DNA of 55,724 nt, the filler included, from Sphacelaria rigidula (taxonomy: Eukaryota): assembly GCA_964200075.2 (NCBI GenBank). It is 6 parts of 6 records of this genome, joined end to end, with 100 filler letters (N's around TTAATTAATTAA, not from the genome) between each part and the next. Parts side by side here need not be neighbours in the genome. Positions count along the whole stretch, not along the records: positions 9,306 to 18,510 come from CAXNAA020009048.1; positions 18,611 to 27,814 come from CAXNAA020009049.1; 4 more parts are not named here. One strand, written 5' to 3'. Below the pieces are notes generated by a model, which was given only the letters and a program-made list of their open reading frames with translations, did no database searches and was not told the DNA's origin. Below are positions 9,766 to 22,500 of this stretch, one piece after another. The translations under genes and the position numbers were made by a program. How positions within the stretch are numbered: position 1 is the first letter of the stretch; every line of letters starts with the position of its first letter.

Positions 9766-12700
9766 GATATATGCAAACGTTCGCGACGGTCTGGAACCTC
9801 GCTGTTGACCATCGTATAGCAGCCATGAAGGAGCAACTCGAGGTCGGACACGTGTGACGTGCGCGCTGTTTCGCGCTTTGCCGTGCTGTGCTGTGCTGTG
9901 CTGTGCTGTGCTGTGCTGTGCTGTGCTGTGCTGTGCTGTGCTGTGCTGTGCTGTGCTGTGCTGTGCTGTGCTGTGTACTGCTATGTTCCCATGTGCCGTA
10001 CTCTGCTATGCCGTTCCGTGTTGTCCTGTGTTGTTATAAATCGTGCTATGCTCTGCCGTGCTGTGTTGCGCTGTGTTATGCTGCGCCGGGCCGCGCTGGG
10101 CTGCGTTGTGCGGTGCTGTGGCCGATCTTCGGGTTTGCGATAAGCCTCTCATGCGTCTACCGGCGCTGGGCTGCGTTGTGCTGTGCTGTGCCGTGCAATC
10201 TTGTACCGTGCTGTGCTTTGCTGTGCTGTGCTGTGCTGTGCTGTGTACTGCTGTGTGTTGATATGCCGTACTGTGCTGTTGGGTTCCTTGTTGTGCTGTG
10301 TTGTGCTGTGCTGTGCCGTGCCGTGCTGTGCTTTCTTGCGCTGGGCTGGGACGGGCTGGGCTGCACTGTGCTGTGCTGTGGCCGACCTTCAGGTTCGGGA
10401 TGAGCCTCCCATGCGTGTACCGTCGATAGCTGCACCGTTGCAGTGACTGGCCAACACTAGCAGCTCAGCAGCGAACATAGGGCATAAAATGGGGAAGCTC
10501 CGAGTGACGATGGATATTTGAACGTTCGCCGAGGTCTGGAACCTCGCTGTCGACCAACGTGTGGCAGCCGTGGAGGAGCAAATCGGGGTAGGTCAGGTGT
10601 GAAGTGCGCGTTGTTCCGCGCTGTGCTGTGCTGTGCTGTGCTGTGCTTTGCTGGTCTGAGCTGTGCTTTGCTGAGCTGAGCTGTGCTTGGCTGTACTGTG
10701 ATGTGGTGTGGTGTGGTGTGGTGTGACTCGCTGTTGTGTGATGTGGTGTGGTGTGCTGTGGTGTGCTGTGCTGTGGTGTGGTGTGGTGTGGTTTGGTTCT
10801 GTGGTGTGCTGTGGTGTGGTGTGGTGTGCTTTGGTTTGGTGTGCTGTGCTGTGCTGTGCTGTGCTGTGCTGTGCTGTGCTGTGCTGTGCTGTGCTGTGCT
10901 GTGCTGTGCTGTGCTGTGCTGTGCTGTGCTGAGCTGTGCTGTGTGGTCGTGTGGTGTGGTGTGGTGTGGTGTGGTGTGGTGTGGTGTGGTGTGGTGTGTG
11001 GTGGTGTGGTGTGCCGTGCCGTGCCGTGCTGTGTGGTCGTGTCTTGTGCTGTGCTGTGCTGTGGGTCGCTGTGCCGTGCTGTGGTGTGCTGTGGGTCACT
11101 GTGCCGTGGTGTGTTGTGCTGTGGTGCTGTGCTGGGCCGCGCTGTGCTGTATTGTGCTTTGCTGTGCTGTGCTGTGACGGCTATGTTTTCATGTGCCGTA
11201 CTCTGCTATGCCGTTCCGTCTTGTGCTGTGTTTTTATCACTTGTGCTATGCTCTGCCGTGCTGTGTTGTGCTGTGATATGCTGCGCTGGGCCGCGCTGGG
11301 CTGCGTTGTGCTTTGCTGTGGCCGATCTTCGGGTTTGCGATAAGCCTCTCATGCGTCTGCCGTCGACAGCTGCAAGGTTGCAGTGACTGGCGATCGCCAG
11401 CAGTTCAGGAGCGGAGAAAGGGCATGAGATGAGAAATTTGCACGTGTGCATGGGTATCTGAGCGTTCGCTGCGTTCTCGATCCTCGCTGTGGACCATCGT
11501 AAAGCAGCCGTGGAGGAGCAGATATGGGTAGGTCACGTGTGATGATGTGCCGCCTGTTCCATGCTGTATTGTGCTGTGCTGTGCCGTGCAATCTTGTACC
11601 GTGCTGTGCTTTGCTGTGCTTTGCTGTGCTGTGCTGTGCACTGCTGTGTGTTGATATGTCGTACTGTGCTGTTGGGTTCCTTGTTGTGCTGTGCTGTGCT
11701 GTGCTGTGCTGTGCTGAGCTGTGCTGGGCTGTGCTGTGCGGTGCTGTGCTGTGCCGTGCCGTGCGGTGCTTTCTTGCGCTGGGCTGGGACGGGCTGGGCT
11801 GCACTGCACTGTGCTGTGGCCAACCTTCAGGTTAGAAATGAGCCTCCCATGCGTCTACCGTCGACAGCTGCACCGTTGCAGTGACTGGCGAACACTAGCA
11901 GTTCAGCAGCGAACATAGGGCATGGGATGGAGAAGCTCCGAGTGACGATGGATATTTGAACGTTCGCCAAGGTCTGAGACCTCGCTGTCGACCAACGTGT
12001 AGCAGCCGTGGAGGAGCAACTCGGGGTAGGTCAGGTGTGAAGTGCGCGTTGTTCCGCGCTGTGCTGTGCTGTGCTTTGCTGGTCTGAGCTGTGCTTGGCT
12101 GAACTGTGGTGTGGTGTGGTGTGATATGGTGTGCTGTGCTGTGCTGTGCTGTGCTGTGCTGTGCTGTGCTGTGCTGTGCTGAGGTGTGGTGTGGTTTGGG
12201 GTGCTCTAGTGTGCTGTGCTGTGCTGTGCTGTGCGGTGCTGTGCTGTGTGGTCGTGTGTTGTGGTGTGTTGTGGTGTGGTGTGGTTCGCTGTACTGTGGT
12301 GTGCTTTCCTGTGGTGTGGTGTGCGGTGGAGTGCTGTACTGTACTGTGGTGTGCTGTGGGTCGCTGTGCCGTGGTGTGTTGTGGTATGGTGCTGTTCTGG
12401 GCCGCGCTGTGCTGTGCTGTGCTGTGTGCGGCTATGTTTTCATGTGCCGTACTTTGCTGTGCCGTTCCGTGTTGTCCTGTGTTTTTATCACGAATGCTAT
12501 GCTCTTCCGTGCTGTGCTGTGCTGTGGTATGCTGCGCTGGGCCGCGAAGCGTTGCGTTGTGCTTCGCTCTGGCCGATCTTCGGGTTTGAAATAAGCCTCT
12601 CGTGCGTTTGCCGTCGACAGCTGCAAGGTTGCTGTGACTGGCGATCTCCAGCAGTTCAGGAGCGGAGAGAGGGCATGACATGAGAAAGTTGCACGTGTGC

Positions 12701-15700
12701 ATGGGTATCTGAGCGTTCGCCGCGTTCTCGATCCTCGCTGCGGACCATCGTGAAGCAGCCGTGACGGAGTAAATTGGGGTAGGTCACGTGTGATGATGTG
12801 CCGCCTGTTCCATGCTGTGCTGTGCTGTGCTGTGCCGTGCAATCTTGTACCGTGCTGTGCTGTGCTGTGCTTTGCTGTGCTGTGCTGTGTACTGCTGTGT
12901 AGTGATTTGCTGTGCTGTGCTGTTGGGTTCCTTGTTGTGCTGTGCTGTGCTGTGCTGTGCTGTGCTGTGCCGTTTCGTGCTGTGCTTTCTTGCGCTGGGC
13001 TGGGACGGGCTGGGCTGCACTGTGCTGTGCTGCGGCCGACCTTCAGGTTTGGGATGAGCCTCCCATGCGTATACCGTCGACAGCTGCACCGTTGCAGTGA
13101 CTGGCGAACACTAGCAGCTCAGCAGCGAACATAGGGCATGGGATGGAGAAGCTCCGAGTGACGATGGATATTCGAAGGTTCGCCAAGGGCTGGGACCTCG
13201 CTGTCGACCAACGTGTAGCAGCCGTGGAGGAGCAACTCGGGGTAGGTCAGGTGTGAAGTGCGCGTTGTTCCGCGCTGTGCTGTGCTGTGCTGTGCTGTGC
13301 TGTGCTGTGCTTTGCTGGGCTGAGCTGTGCTTGGCTGTACTGTGGTGTGGTGTGGTGTGGTGTGGTGTGGCTTGCTGTTGTGTGATGTGGTGTGGTGTGG
13401 TGTGGTGTGGTGTGCTCTAGTGTGGTGTGCTGTGCTGTGCTGTGCTGTGGTTTGCTGTGTGGTGTGGTGTGACGTGGTGTGGTGTGGTGTGGTGTGGTGT
13501 GCTCTGCTCTGCTCTGCTGTGCTGTGCTGTGCTGTGCTGTGCGTTGCTGTGCCGTGGTGTGTTGTGGTGTGGTGTTGTGCTGGGCTGGCTGTGCTGTTCT
13601 TTGCTGTGCTGTGCTGTGCTGTGTACTGCTGTGTTCCCATGTGCCGTACTCAGCTATGCCGTTCCGTGTTGTGTTGTCTTGTTATCACTTGTGCTATGCC
13701 CTGCCGTGCTGTGTTATGCTGTGTGATGCTGCGCTGGGCCGCGCTGGGCTGCGTCGTGCTGTGCTGTGGCCGATCTTCGGGTTTGCGATAAGCCTCTCAT
13801 GCGTCTGCCGTCGACAGCTGCAAGGTTGCAGTGACTGGCGATCGCCAGCAGTTCAGGAGCGGAGAGAGGGCATGACATGAGAAAGTTGCACGTGTGCATG
13901 GGTATCTGAGCGTTCGCCGCGTTCTTGATCCTCGCTGTGGACCATCGTGAAGCAGCCATGAAGTAGCAAATTGGGGTAGGTCACGTGTGATGATGTGCCG
14001 CCTGTTGCATGCTGTGCTGTGCTGTGCTGTGCCGTGCAATCTTGTACCGTGCTGTGCTTTGCTGTGCTTTGCTGTGCTGTGCTGTGTACTGCTGTGAGCT
14101 GATATGCCGTACTGTGCTGTTGGGTTCCTTGTTGTACTGTGGTGTGCTGTGCTGTGTGCGGCTATATTCTCATGTGCTGTACTCTGCTATGCCGTCCCGT
14201 GTTGTCCTCTGTTGTTATTCATCGTGCTATGCTCTGCCGTGCTGTGTTGTGCTGTGTTATGCTGCGCCGAGCCGGGCCGGGCTGCGTTGTGCTTTGCTCT
14301 GGCCGATCTTCGGGTTCGCGATAAGCCTCTCATGCGTCTGCCCTCGATAGCTGCAAGGTTGCAAGGACTGGCGATCGCCAGCAGTTCAGGAGCGGAGAGA
14401 GGGCATGAGATGGGAAAGTTGCACGTGTGCATGGGTATCTGAGCGTTCGCCGCGTTCTCCATCCTCGCTGTGGACCATCGTAGAGCAGCCGTGGAGGAGC
14501 AGATATGGGTAGGTCACGTGTGATGATGTGCCGCCTGTTCCATACCGTGTTGTGCTGTGCTGTGCCGTGCTGTGCTGCGCTGTGCTTCGCTGTACTGTGC
14601 TGTGTACTGCTGTGTGTTGTTATGCCGTAGTGTGCTGTTGGGTTCCTTGTTGGTCTGTGCTGTGCTGTGCTGTGCGGTGCTGTGCCGTGTCGTGCTGTGC
14701 TTTCTTGCGCTGGGCTGGGACGGGCTGGGCTGCACTGTGCTGTGCTGTGGCCGACCTTCATATTTGGGATGAGCCTCCCATGCGTGTACCGTCGACAGCT
14801 GCACCGTTGCGGTGACTGGCGAACACTAGCAGCTCAGCAGCGAACAGAGGGCATGAAATGGGGAAGCTCCGAGTGACGATGGATATTTGAACGTTCGCCA
14901 AGGTCTGGAACCTCGCTGTCGACCAACGTGTGGCAGCCGTGGGGGAGCAGCCCGGGGTAGGTCAGGTGTGAAGTGCGCGTTGTTCCGCGCTGTGCTGTGC
15001 TATGCTGTGCTGTGCTGTGCTTTGCTGAGCTGAGCTGTGCTTGGCTGTACTGTGGTGTGCTGTGCTGTGCTGTGCTGTGCTGTGCTGTGCTGTGCTGTGC
15101 TGTGCTGTTCTGTGGTGTGGTGTGGTGTGCTGTGCTGTGCTGTGCTGTGCTGTGTTGTGCTGTGTGGTCGTGTGTTGTGGTGTGGTGTGGTGTGATGTGT
15201 TGTGGTGTGGTGTGGTGTGCCGTGGTGTGGTTCGCTGTACTGTGGTGTGGTGTGCTGTGGTGTGGCGTGCTGTGCTGTGCTGTGCTCTAGTGTGCTGTTC
15301 GTTGCTGTGCCGTGGTGTGTTGTGGTGTGGTGCTGTGCTGGGCTGGCTGCGCTGTGCTTTGCTGTGCTGTGCTGTGCTGTGTACTGTTATGTTCCCATGT
15401 GCCGTACTCTGCTATGCCGTTCCGTGTTGTGTTTTGCTGTGTTATGCTGCGCTGGGCCGCGCTGGGCTGCGTTGTGCTGTGCTGTGGCTGATCTTCGGGT
15501 TTGCGATAAGCCTCTCATGCGTCTGCCGTCGACAGCTGCAAGGTTGCAGTGACTGGCGATCGCCAGCAGTTCAGGAGCGGAGAGAGGGCATGACATGAGA
15601 ACGTTGCACGTGTGCATGGGTATCTGAGCGTTCGCCGCGTTCTCGATCCTCGCTGTGGACCATCGTAAAGCAGCCGTGAAGGAGCAAATTTAGGTAGGTC

Positions 15701-18510
15701 ACGTGTGATGATGTGCCGCCTGTTCCATGCTGTGTTGTGCTGTGCTGTGCCGTGCAATCTTGTACCGTGCTGTGCTGCGCTGTGCGTTGCTGTGCTGTGC
15801 TGTGTACTGCTGTGTGTTGGTATGCCGTACTGTGCTGTTGGGTTCCCTGTTGTGCTGTGGTGTGCTGTGCTGTGTGCGGCTATGTTCCCATGTGCCGTAC
15901 TCTGCTATGCCGGTCCGTGTTGTCCTGTGTTGTTATCACTTGTGCGGTGCTCTGCCGTGCTGTGTTGTGCTGTGTTGTGCTGCGCCGCGCCGCGCCGGGC
16001 TGCGTTGTGCTTTGCTCTGGCCGATCTTCGTGCTCGCGATAAGCCTCTCATGCGTCTGCCGTCGACAGCTGCAAGGTTGCAGTGACTGGCGATCGCCAGC
16101 AGTTCAGGAGCGGAGAGAGGGCTTGATATGAGAAAGTTGCACGTGTGCATGGGTATCTGAGCGTTCGCCGCGTTCTCCATCCTCGCTGTGGACCATCGTA
16201 GAGCAGCCGTGAAGGAGCAAATATGGGTAGGTCACGTGTGATGATGTGCCGCCTGTTCCATGTCGTGTTGTGCTGTGCTGTGCCGTGCAATCTTGTACCG
16301 TGCTGTGCTTTGCTGTGCTTTGCTGTGCTGTGCTGTGTACTGCTGTGTGTTGATATGCCGTACTGTGCTGTTGGGCTCCTTGTTGTGCTGTGCTGTGCTG
16401 TGCTGTGCTGTGCCGTGCTGTGCTTTCTTGCGCTGGGCTGGGACGGGCTGGGCTGCACTGTGCTGTGCTGTGGCCGACCTTCTGGTTCGGGATGAGCGTC
16501 CCATGCGTGTACCGTCGACAGCTGCACTGTTGCAGTGACTGGCGAACACTAGCAGCTCAGCAGCGAACAGAGGGCATGGGATGGCGAAGCTCCGAGTGAC
16601 GATGGATATTTGAACGTTCGCCAAGGTCCGGAACCTCGCTGTCGACCAACGTGTGGCAGCCGTGGGGGAGCAACCCGGGGTAGGTCAGGTGTGAAGTGCG
16701 CGTTGTTCCGCGCTGTGCTGTGCTGTGTTGTGCTATGCTGTGCTGTGCTGTGCTGAGCTGAGCTGTGCTTGACTGTACTGAGGTGTGGTGTTGTGTGGTG
16801 TGGTGTGGTGTAGTGTGGTGTGGTGTGGGTTGCTTTAGTGTGGTGTGGTGTGCTGTGATGTGCTGTGCTGTGCTGTGTGGTCGTGTGTTGTGGTGTGGTG
16901 TGGTGTGATGTGTTGTGGTGTGGTGTGGTGTGCCGTGGTGTGGTTCGCTGTACTGTGGTGTGCTATGCTGTGGTGTTGTGTGGTGTTGTGTTGTTGCTGT
17001 GCTGTGCTGTGCTGTGCTGTGCTGTGCTGTGCTGTGCTGTGCCGTGGTGTGTTGTGCTGTTGTGCTGTGCTGTGGTGCTGTGCTGTGCCTTGCTGTACTG
17101 TGCTGTGCTGTGTACTGCTATGTTCCCATGTACCGTACTCTCCTATGCCGTTCCGTGTTGTGTTGTATTGTTATCACTTGTGCTATGCTCTGCCGTGCTG
17201 TGTTGTGTTGTGTTATGCTGCGCTGGGCCGCGCTGGGCTGCGTTATGCTGTGCTGTGGCTGATCTCCGGTTTTGCGATAAGCCTCTCATGCGTCTGCCGT
17301 CGATAGCTGCAAGGTTGCAAGGACTGGCGATCGCCAGCAGTTCAGGAGCGGAGAGAGGGCATGACATGAGAAAGTTGCACGTGTGCATGGGTATCTGAGC
17401 GTTCGCCGCGTTCTCGATCCTCGCTGTGGACCATCGTAAAGCAGCCGTGGAGGAGCAAATATGGGTAGGTCACGTGTGATGATGTGCCGCCTGTTCCATG
17501 CTGTGCTGTGCTGTGCTGTGCCGTGCAATCTTGTACCGTGCTGTGCTGTGCTGTGCTGTGCTGTGCGTTGCTGTGCTGTGCTGTGTACTGCTGTGTGTTG
17601 ATATGCCGTACTGTGCTGTTGGGTTCCCTGTTGTGCTGTGGTGTGCTGTGCTGTGTGTGGCTATGTTCCCATGTGCCGTACTCTGCTATGCCGTTCCGTG
17701 TTGTCCTGTGTTGTTATACACTGTGCTGTGCTCTGCCGTGCTGTGTTGTGCTGTGTTATGCTGCGCTGGGCCGCGCTGGGCTGCGTTGTGCTTTGCTGTG
17801 GCCGATCTTCGGGTTTGCGATAAGCCTCTCATGCGTCTACCGTCGACAGCTGCAAGGTTGCAGTGACTGGCGATCGCCAGCAGTTCAGGAGCGGAGAGAG
17901 GGCATGAGATGAGAAAGTTGCACGTGTGCATGGGTATCTGAGCGTTCGCCGCGTTCTCGATCCTCGCTGTGGACCATCATGAAGCAGCCGTGGAGGAGCA
18001 AATTGGGGTAGGTCACGTGTGATGATGTGCCGCCTGTTCCATGCTGTGTTGTGCTGTGCTGTGCCGTGCAATCTTGTACCGTGCTGTGCTTTGCTGTGCT
18101 TTGCTGTGCGTTGCTGTGCTTTGCTGTGTACTGCTGTGTGTTGATATGCCGTACTCTGTTGTTGCGTTTCTCGTTGTGTTGTGCTGTGCTGTGCTGTGTA
18201 CTGCTACTTTCCCATGTGCCGTACTCTGCTATGCCGTTCCGTGTTGTCCTGTGTTGTTATCACTTGTGCTATGCTTTGCCGTGCTGTGTTGTGCTGTGTT
18301 ATGCTGCGCTGGGCCGCGCTGAGCTGCGTTGTGCTTTGCTGTGGCCGAGCGTCGGGTTTGCGATAAGCCTCTCATGCGTCTACCGTCGACAGCTGCAAGG
18401 TTGCAGTGACTGGCGATCGCCAGCAGTTCAGGAGCGGAGAGAGGGCATGAGATGAGAAAGTTGCACGTGTGCATGGGTATCTGAGCGTTCGCCGCGTTCT
18501 CGATCCTCGC
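9766..18510. repeat. Higher-order satellite: two related ~240-bp core monomers (A, B) separated by (CTGTG)n/(GTGTG)n microsatellite-rich spacers
   Basis: A cores start at ~10381, 11818, 13035, 14750, 16473. B cores start at ~10121 (truncated), 11321, 12572, 13768, 14302, 15487, 16020, 17257, 17800, 18343. B-to-B period 533-543 bp. Confidence 0.95.
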
Positions 18511-18610
18511 NNNNNNNNNNNNNNNNNNNNNNNNNNNNNNNNNNNNNNNNNNNNTTAATTAATTAANNNNNNNNNNNNNNNNNNNNNNNNNNNNNNNNNN
18601 NNNNNNNNNN
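18511..18610. other. Artificial contig linker
   Basis: N44-TTAATTAATTAA-N44. Confidence 0.98.
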
Positions 18611-18693
18611 AAGTCGTGTTTTGGATGAGATAAGGGGCTCCTAATAATTTTAATATCAGAAATCATTTCTTCACCCCTACCGTAGCATCACTC
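18611..18693 (+). mobile_element. MITE family A, right end only (cut by contig start)
   Basis: TGTTTTGGATGAGATAAGGGGCTCC...CACCCCTACCGTAGCATCACTC matches the 3' part of 45328-45583. Confidence 0.7.
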
Positions 18694-20596
18694 AGCAAAG
18701 CAGAGAAAAGCATTAACATTGTACGAAGGAAAGCCGGAGACCGTTTTGTGGTGCGTTACAGGGGCGAGCAGCGCTTTGTATTTGTATTTGTAATTATATA
18801 TATATAGTAATGAGCAGTAGTTCAGTACTGTTTCTTTTCATTGGAACAGCTGTTCTGTACTTACTTTTTCTACTCTCTTGGGGTCTGTTTTCACTCGTGA
18901 TTTCCCGTTGATTATGAGCTCGGTTATATATTATGTATCGTTCCCGGCTTCATTTTCTCACCTTACAATGTTTGATCTTGATTTTGTTCTAGGGGGAGCG
19001 CCTTCTCGATTTGTTTGCCTCGATTTTTCGGAGCAGAACTTCCTCCTCAGGGCCTCATCCTTTTTTTCTCTGCCCGGTCATTTCTAGTCTGGATTCCATT
19101 TGCTCTTCCCTATCCCGTTCTGTTTTTTTTTTATTTCGTAGGACCTGATCCTTTTCCTCGTGTCAGTCCTGTGGTTTTGGCTGTCTTCATGTTTCATGAG
19201 CTGCTGTTATTTTCGTGTTACTGACGTGATGGGTCCTTTCTAGTTTTCTTTCATGTTTCAGTAGCCTTTCTCTCTTCTCTTTTTGCTGTGGACCTGGTTC
19301 GTTCCTCTAGCACTATTTTTCGGTTTCCTATTTCCTTTACATCTTTTCGCGGAGTTGATCCAGGCCCGCCACTTGTTCGTTTTCCCCGTATTGCATTCCA
19401 TGGAGATCATTGATTTCTTGGTTTTGTCAGACCTTATTCCACCCTTTGTTCCACGTACCCGGTTCGTTCATGACGTTTCTTCGTCCTCGAAGAACGTTGA
19501 TCCGATTTTAGGGAGCCCCACCCCTTTCGAGTAGAGCATATTATCAAATCGTGGGGTGAGCATGGTACAAGAAGGGTGGGCACCGAGTACCTGCTTGGAC
19601 ACTGTACCATGACGGAAATGTTGATCTCACACATAGGAGTCCCCCTGTGTCCAGTAGGTCAGTTGCTGCTGGTAGGTGAGAGAAAAGCCTACGCACTCCC
19701 ATCAGCCAGTGAGCGCTTTCTTGGGTTTATTTTAGTGGGTCAGCTCTTTTTGCGAGTCCTACACTACCCGGGATTGTAAATCAATCAAGGGTCTCTAAGC
19801 GCCGTTATCATCGGAAAATAGTCACCGACTATTCTCCGTGGTTTCTGTTCCCAGTGTAACTGGGATCCCGGGACGACATAGCATATGCGAAAGTACTCGC
19901 TATGATCCGAAAGGGCGTGAGAGATTTTTTCCCCAAGCGATGAGGCTTTTTCCTGAAAACCAGGTTTTGCCCATCCTTCCAATTTCATGACGAGTTTTTC
20001 CCGCGATTAATCTTAGCCCCGAAAATCTGCGGTCTTCTCGTCGCTATCGTGATCATAAGCTGATGGCATACAAAGTAGAGGAAATTCCTCCGGAGTGCAT
20101 TGAGCTGTGACTATTCTTACCTTCTATTAGCAGCGTGCACGAAGCAAGGGAGGGGGATGTTACGGCGGATATCGACTGTATGTATAGTAGGCGTTTTGCA
20201 GTACGCGTGGCAAGTGCAGTCGGTCTTATTCCATTCGTATGTTGTTGTATTCCAATCGGGTGTCCTTGACCGGAGCCCACCGCCCTCACAACTTCCATCA
20301 CCCAGCAACTCTCGTTTAGCTACCTAGCTAAGACTAATTAATAACAGAGCTATCAGCCACCACTTGGAGACATCTCGCTTGTAAGTAAGTCAAGAGCACC
20401 TCTTCTGCACGTGAAAGTGAGTCCCTGCTTGGCCTTGCGATGCAGTGCTTATCGGACTCGATGGTCTGTTACGAGCTCAAGGGTCACTCCTCTCGACTGC
20501 GCTTGTTCAATGTGGCCAGCCGCTGACCTCGTGTCACCCCCGGTCGAGCGTGTTCTTTGAGTGACGCCAGTATCACCTCGTGATCAGACCACGACA

Positions 20597-20656
20597 GATG
20601 CGAGGTCAATGATCTTTCGAGTATGGCATGCATGATCATGAGTACACCCCCTCCCT
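20597..20656 (+). repeat. Family E partial copy (3' part)
   Basis: GATGCGAGGTCAATG...GCATGCATGATCATGAGTACACCCCC. Confidence 0.65.
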
Positions 20657-22500
20657 CCCAGGGTCGCCAAAACCTCATTCTGGGGCTGAGGGGGGGGGGG
20701 AAGGGGGTACCCTACTTGGGGAGGGGGGGGGGGGGACCCCCTGATCGATGGATGATGGCGACAGTAGTTGCTGTACTGCACCGCACGTGCATGTCGGCAG
20801 CATTCGCCTGCGCAGAGTATACCGAAACGGTATATGGTAGGGATACGTCGAAGCAAGTAGAAAAGAACATGTGTCGGTAGGGGCCAGGAGTGGCGAACAA
20901 GCGAGGCGGCGAATCGGGTGATCCTTCCCATACAACACAATTATCGGCAAATGTGGCTTTGCAATTTGTTGGCAACGAACCGGCCCAACACACATACTAT
21001 GCAAACACAGGCCAGAACTGTATTGTCTTTAAAACTCTACGTAGATTATTTTGGGAACTGTCACTACCTCAATGTTGGATATTCCTTTTGGCTACACCAC
21101 GTCCACAACATTTCCCTTCGCAACATCTCCCTGTGTTGTGTCGCAGTTGAGTATGATGGCGACATGTAGATACACGCGTTGGATGAACACGGCTGTCTGT
21201 ACAAACGCGGGCAAAGTACCTGATTATGTGCCATCCACATCTCTTACATATCTACAATCGAGAGTATTATATATATTCTCAATTAAGACTTCGATTTGGA
21301 GATTGATGCTAGCTACGCAGCAGCAACTGTTGTGTGTCCAGGTGCCCCCTTCGGCCGCAGTGGGGCTATAAGGAGCACACACGGCCGATCACTGTCGTTG
21401 TAGACATCGGCAGCCGGAACTTACCATGTCATCCTTGTACATGGGTACCAAGTTACCAACTGCTGTTTCTCGGGAAGACAGGAGACAACGGCAAGCGTCA
21501 AGCAGCTGCACGCTGGGCGTCAAACTTCTCACTCAAGACTTCGATTTGAGGCATGATACTAAGCATGCAGCAGGAACCACTGCGTGTCGAGGTACCTCTT
21601 GGGGAAAGACGCGTTTAGTTTCTGTTCGATAAAGTTTTCCCCCAAACACGGAATCAAAGATAGTTTTAGAGTGGGAAAATGCAGCAAAAAGCGAGTGGCG
21701 AAAAACGAGTCGCAAAACATCTTCCGCGAAAACCGAGTCGAGAAAACCCGGTGAGTCGAATCTTCTATCCGAAGCAGAAACCAATTCACTTCGTGAGATT
21801 GGAACGGGGGCAATATAGCTATTTTGTCCTTACATAAATGTGAAACACGACGTGCGCTGTGGTTTGGAATACACATACAGGTGTGAGATGAACGAGGATG
21901 GCAAGTTGAAGGCCTCTCTCCGTCTTCGTGCGTTCATCCCGGTGCTCGAGACTTGCACCTCAAAAATCGTTCTGCATCATCTATAGAAAGCTGGACATGA
22001 TTACTGCATGAGTTGTACGTTAACAGCAGTGTCACAGATCATTCGGTGGCCGACTTCGACGGTGCATCTACCTTGGGGCAGCTCTTGGCACATGATTGCA
22101 AGACACATGGCGATCACACCTGTATAAACCAAGTGTCCACGACACCCTGGTGGAACATAGCACTGGGATGTCAGGACCCCACAAACTCGCGAGTTCCTCC
22201 GCATCGAGAGAGCAAACCATCCGTACCAGCCACCTTCCGTTTGAGGGAGAGGGTTGTTCAAGCTGCCCCGCGTAATCTGAACAAAATCAAGGCAACGAAC
22301 AGCATCATCCATCATCTGTCGGACGCCACTCCTAGCTCCAACTTTCACGCTTGAACCCTCCAACGTCTCCACTGATTCCGCACCAACAAACCCGCCAACA
22401 AATCCACATGCAACTGTCGGTGAAGCATATAGCCGTCCCGCATTCACACCACAACTGCTGCTGCTGGAGCTACCTGTACCACTTGCACTGCTCCAACCCC

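Noticed and set aside
10381..10620. Three TGA codons conserved in frame between A and B cores (possible selenoprotein or recoding)
   Set aside because: Substitutions in that frame are mostly non-synonymous and evenly spread over codon positions, so it is not a conserved coding frame.
9854..18474. Dozens of Cys/Val/Ala-rich (CCAVL)n and (HSTAQ)n ORFs
   Set aside because: They are translations of the stop-free pentamer microsatellite CTGTG/CACAG. The cores have stops in most frames and no codon-position bias between monomer types.
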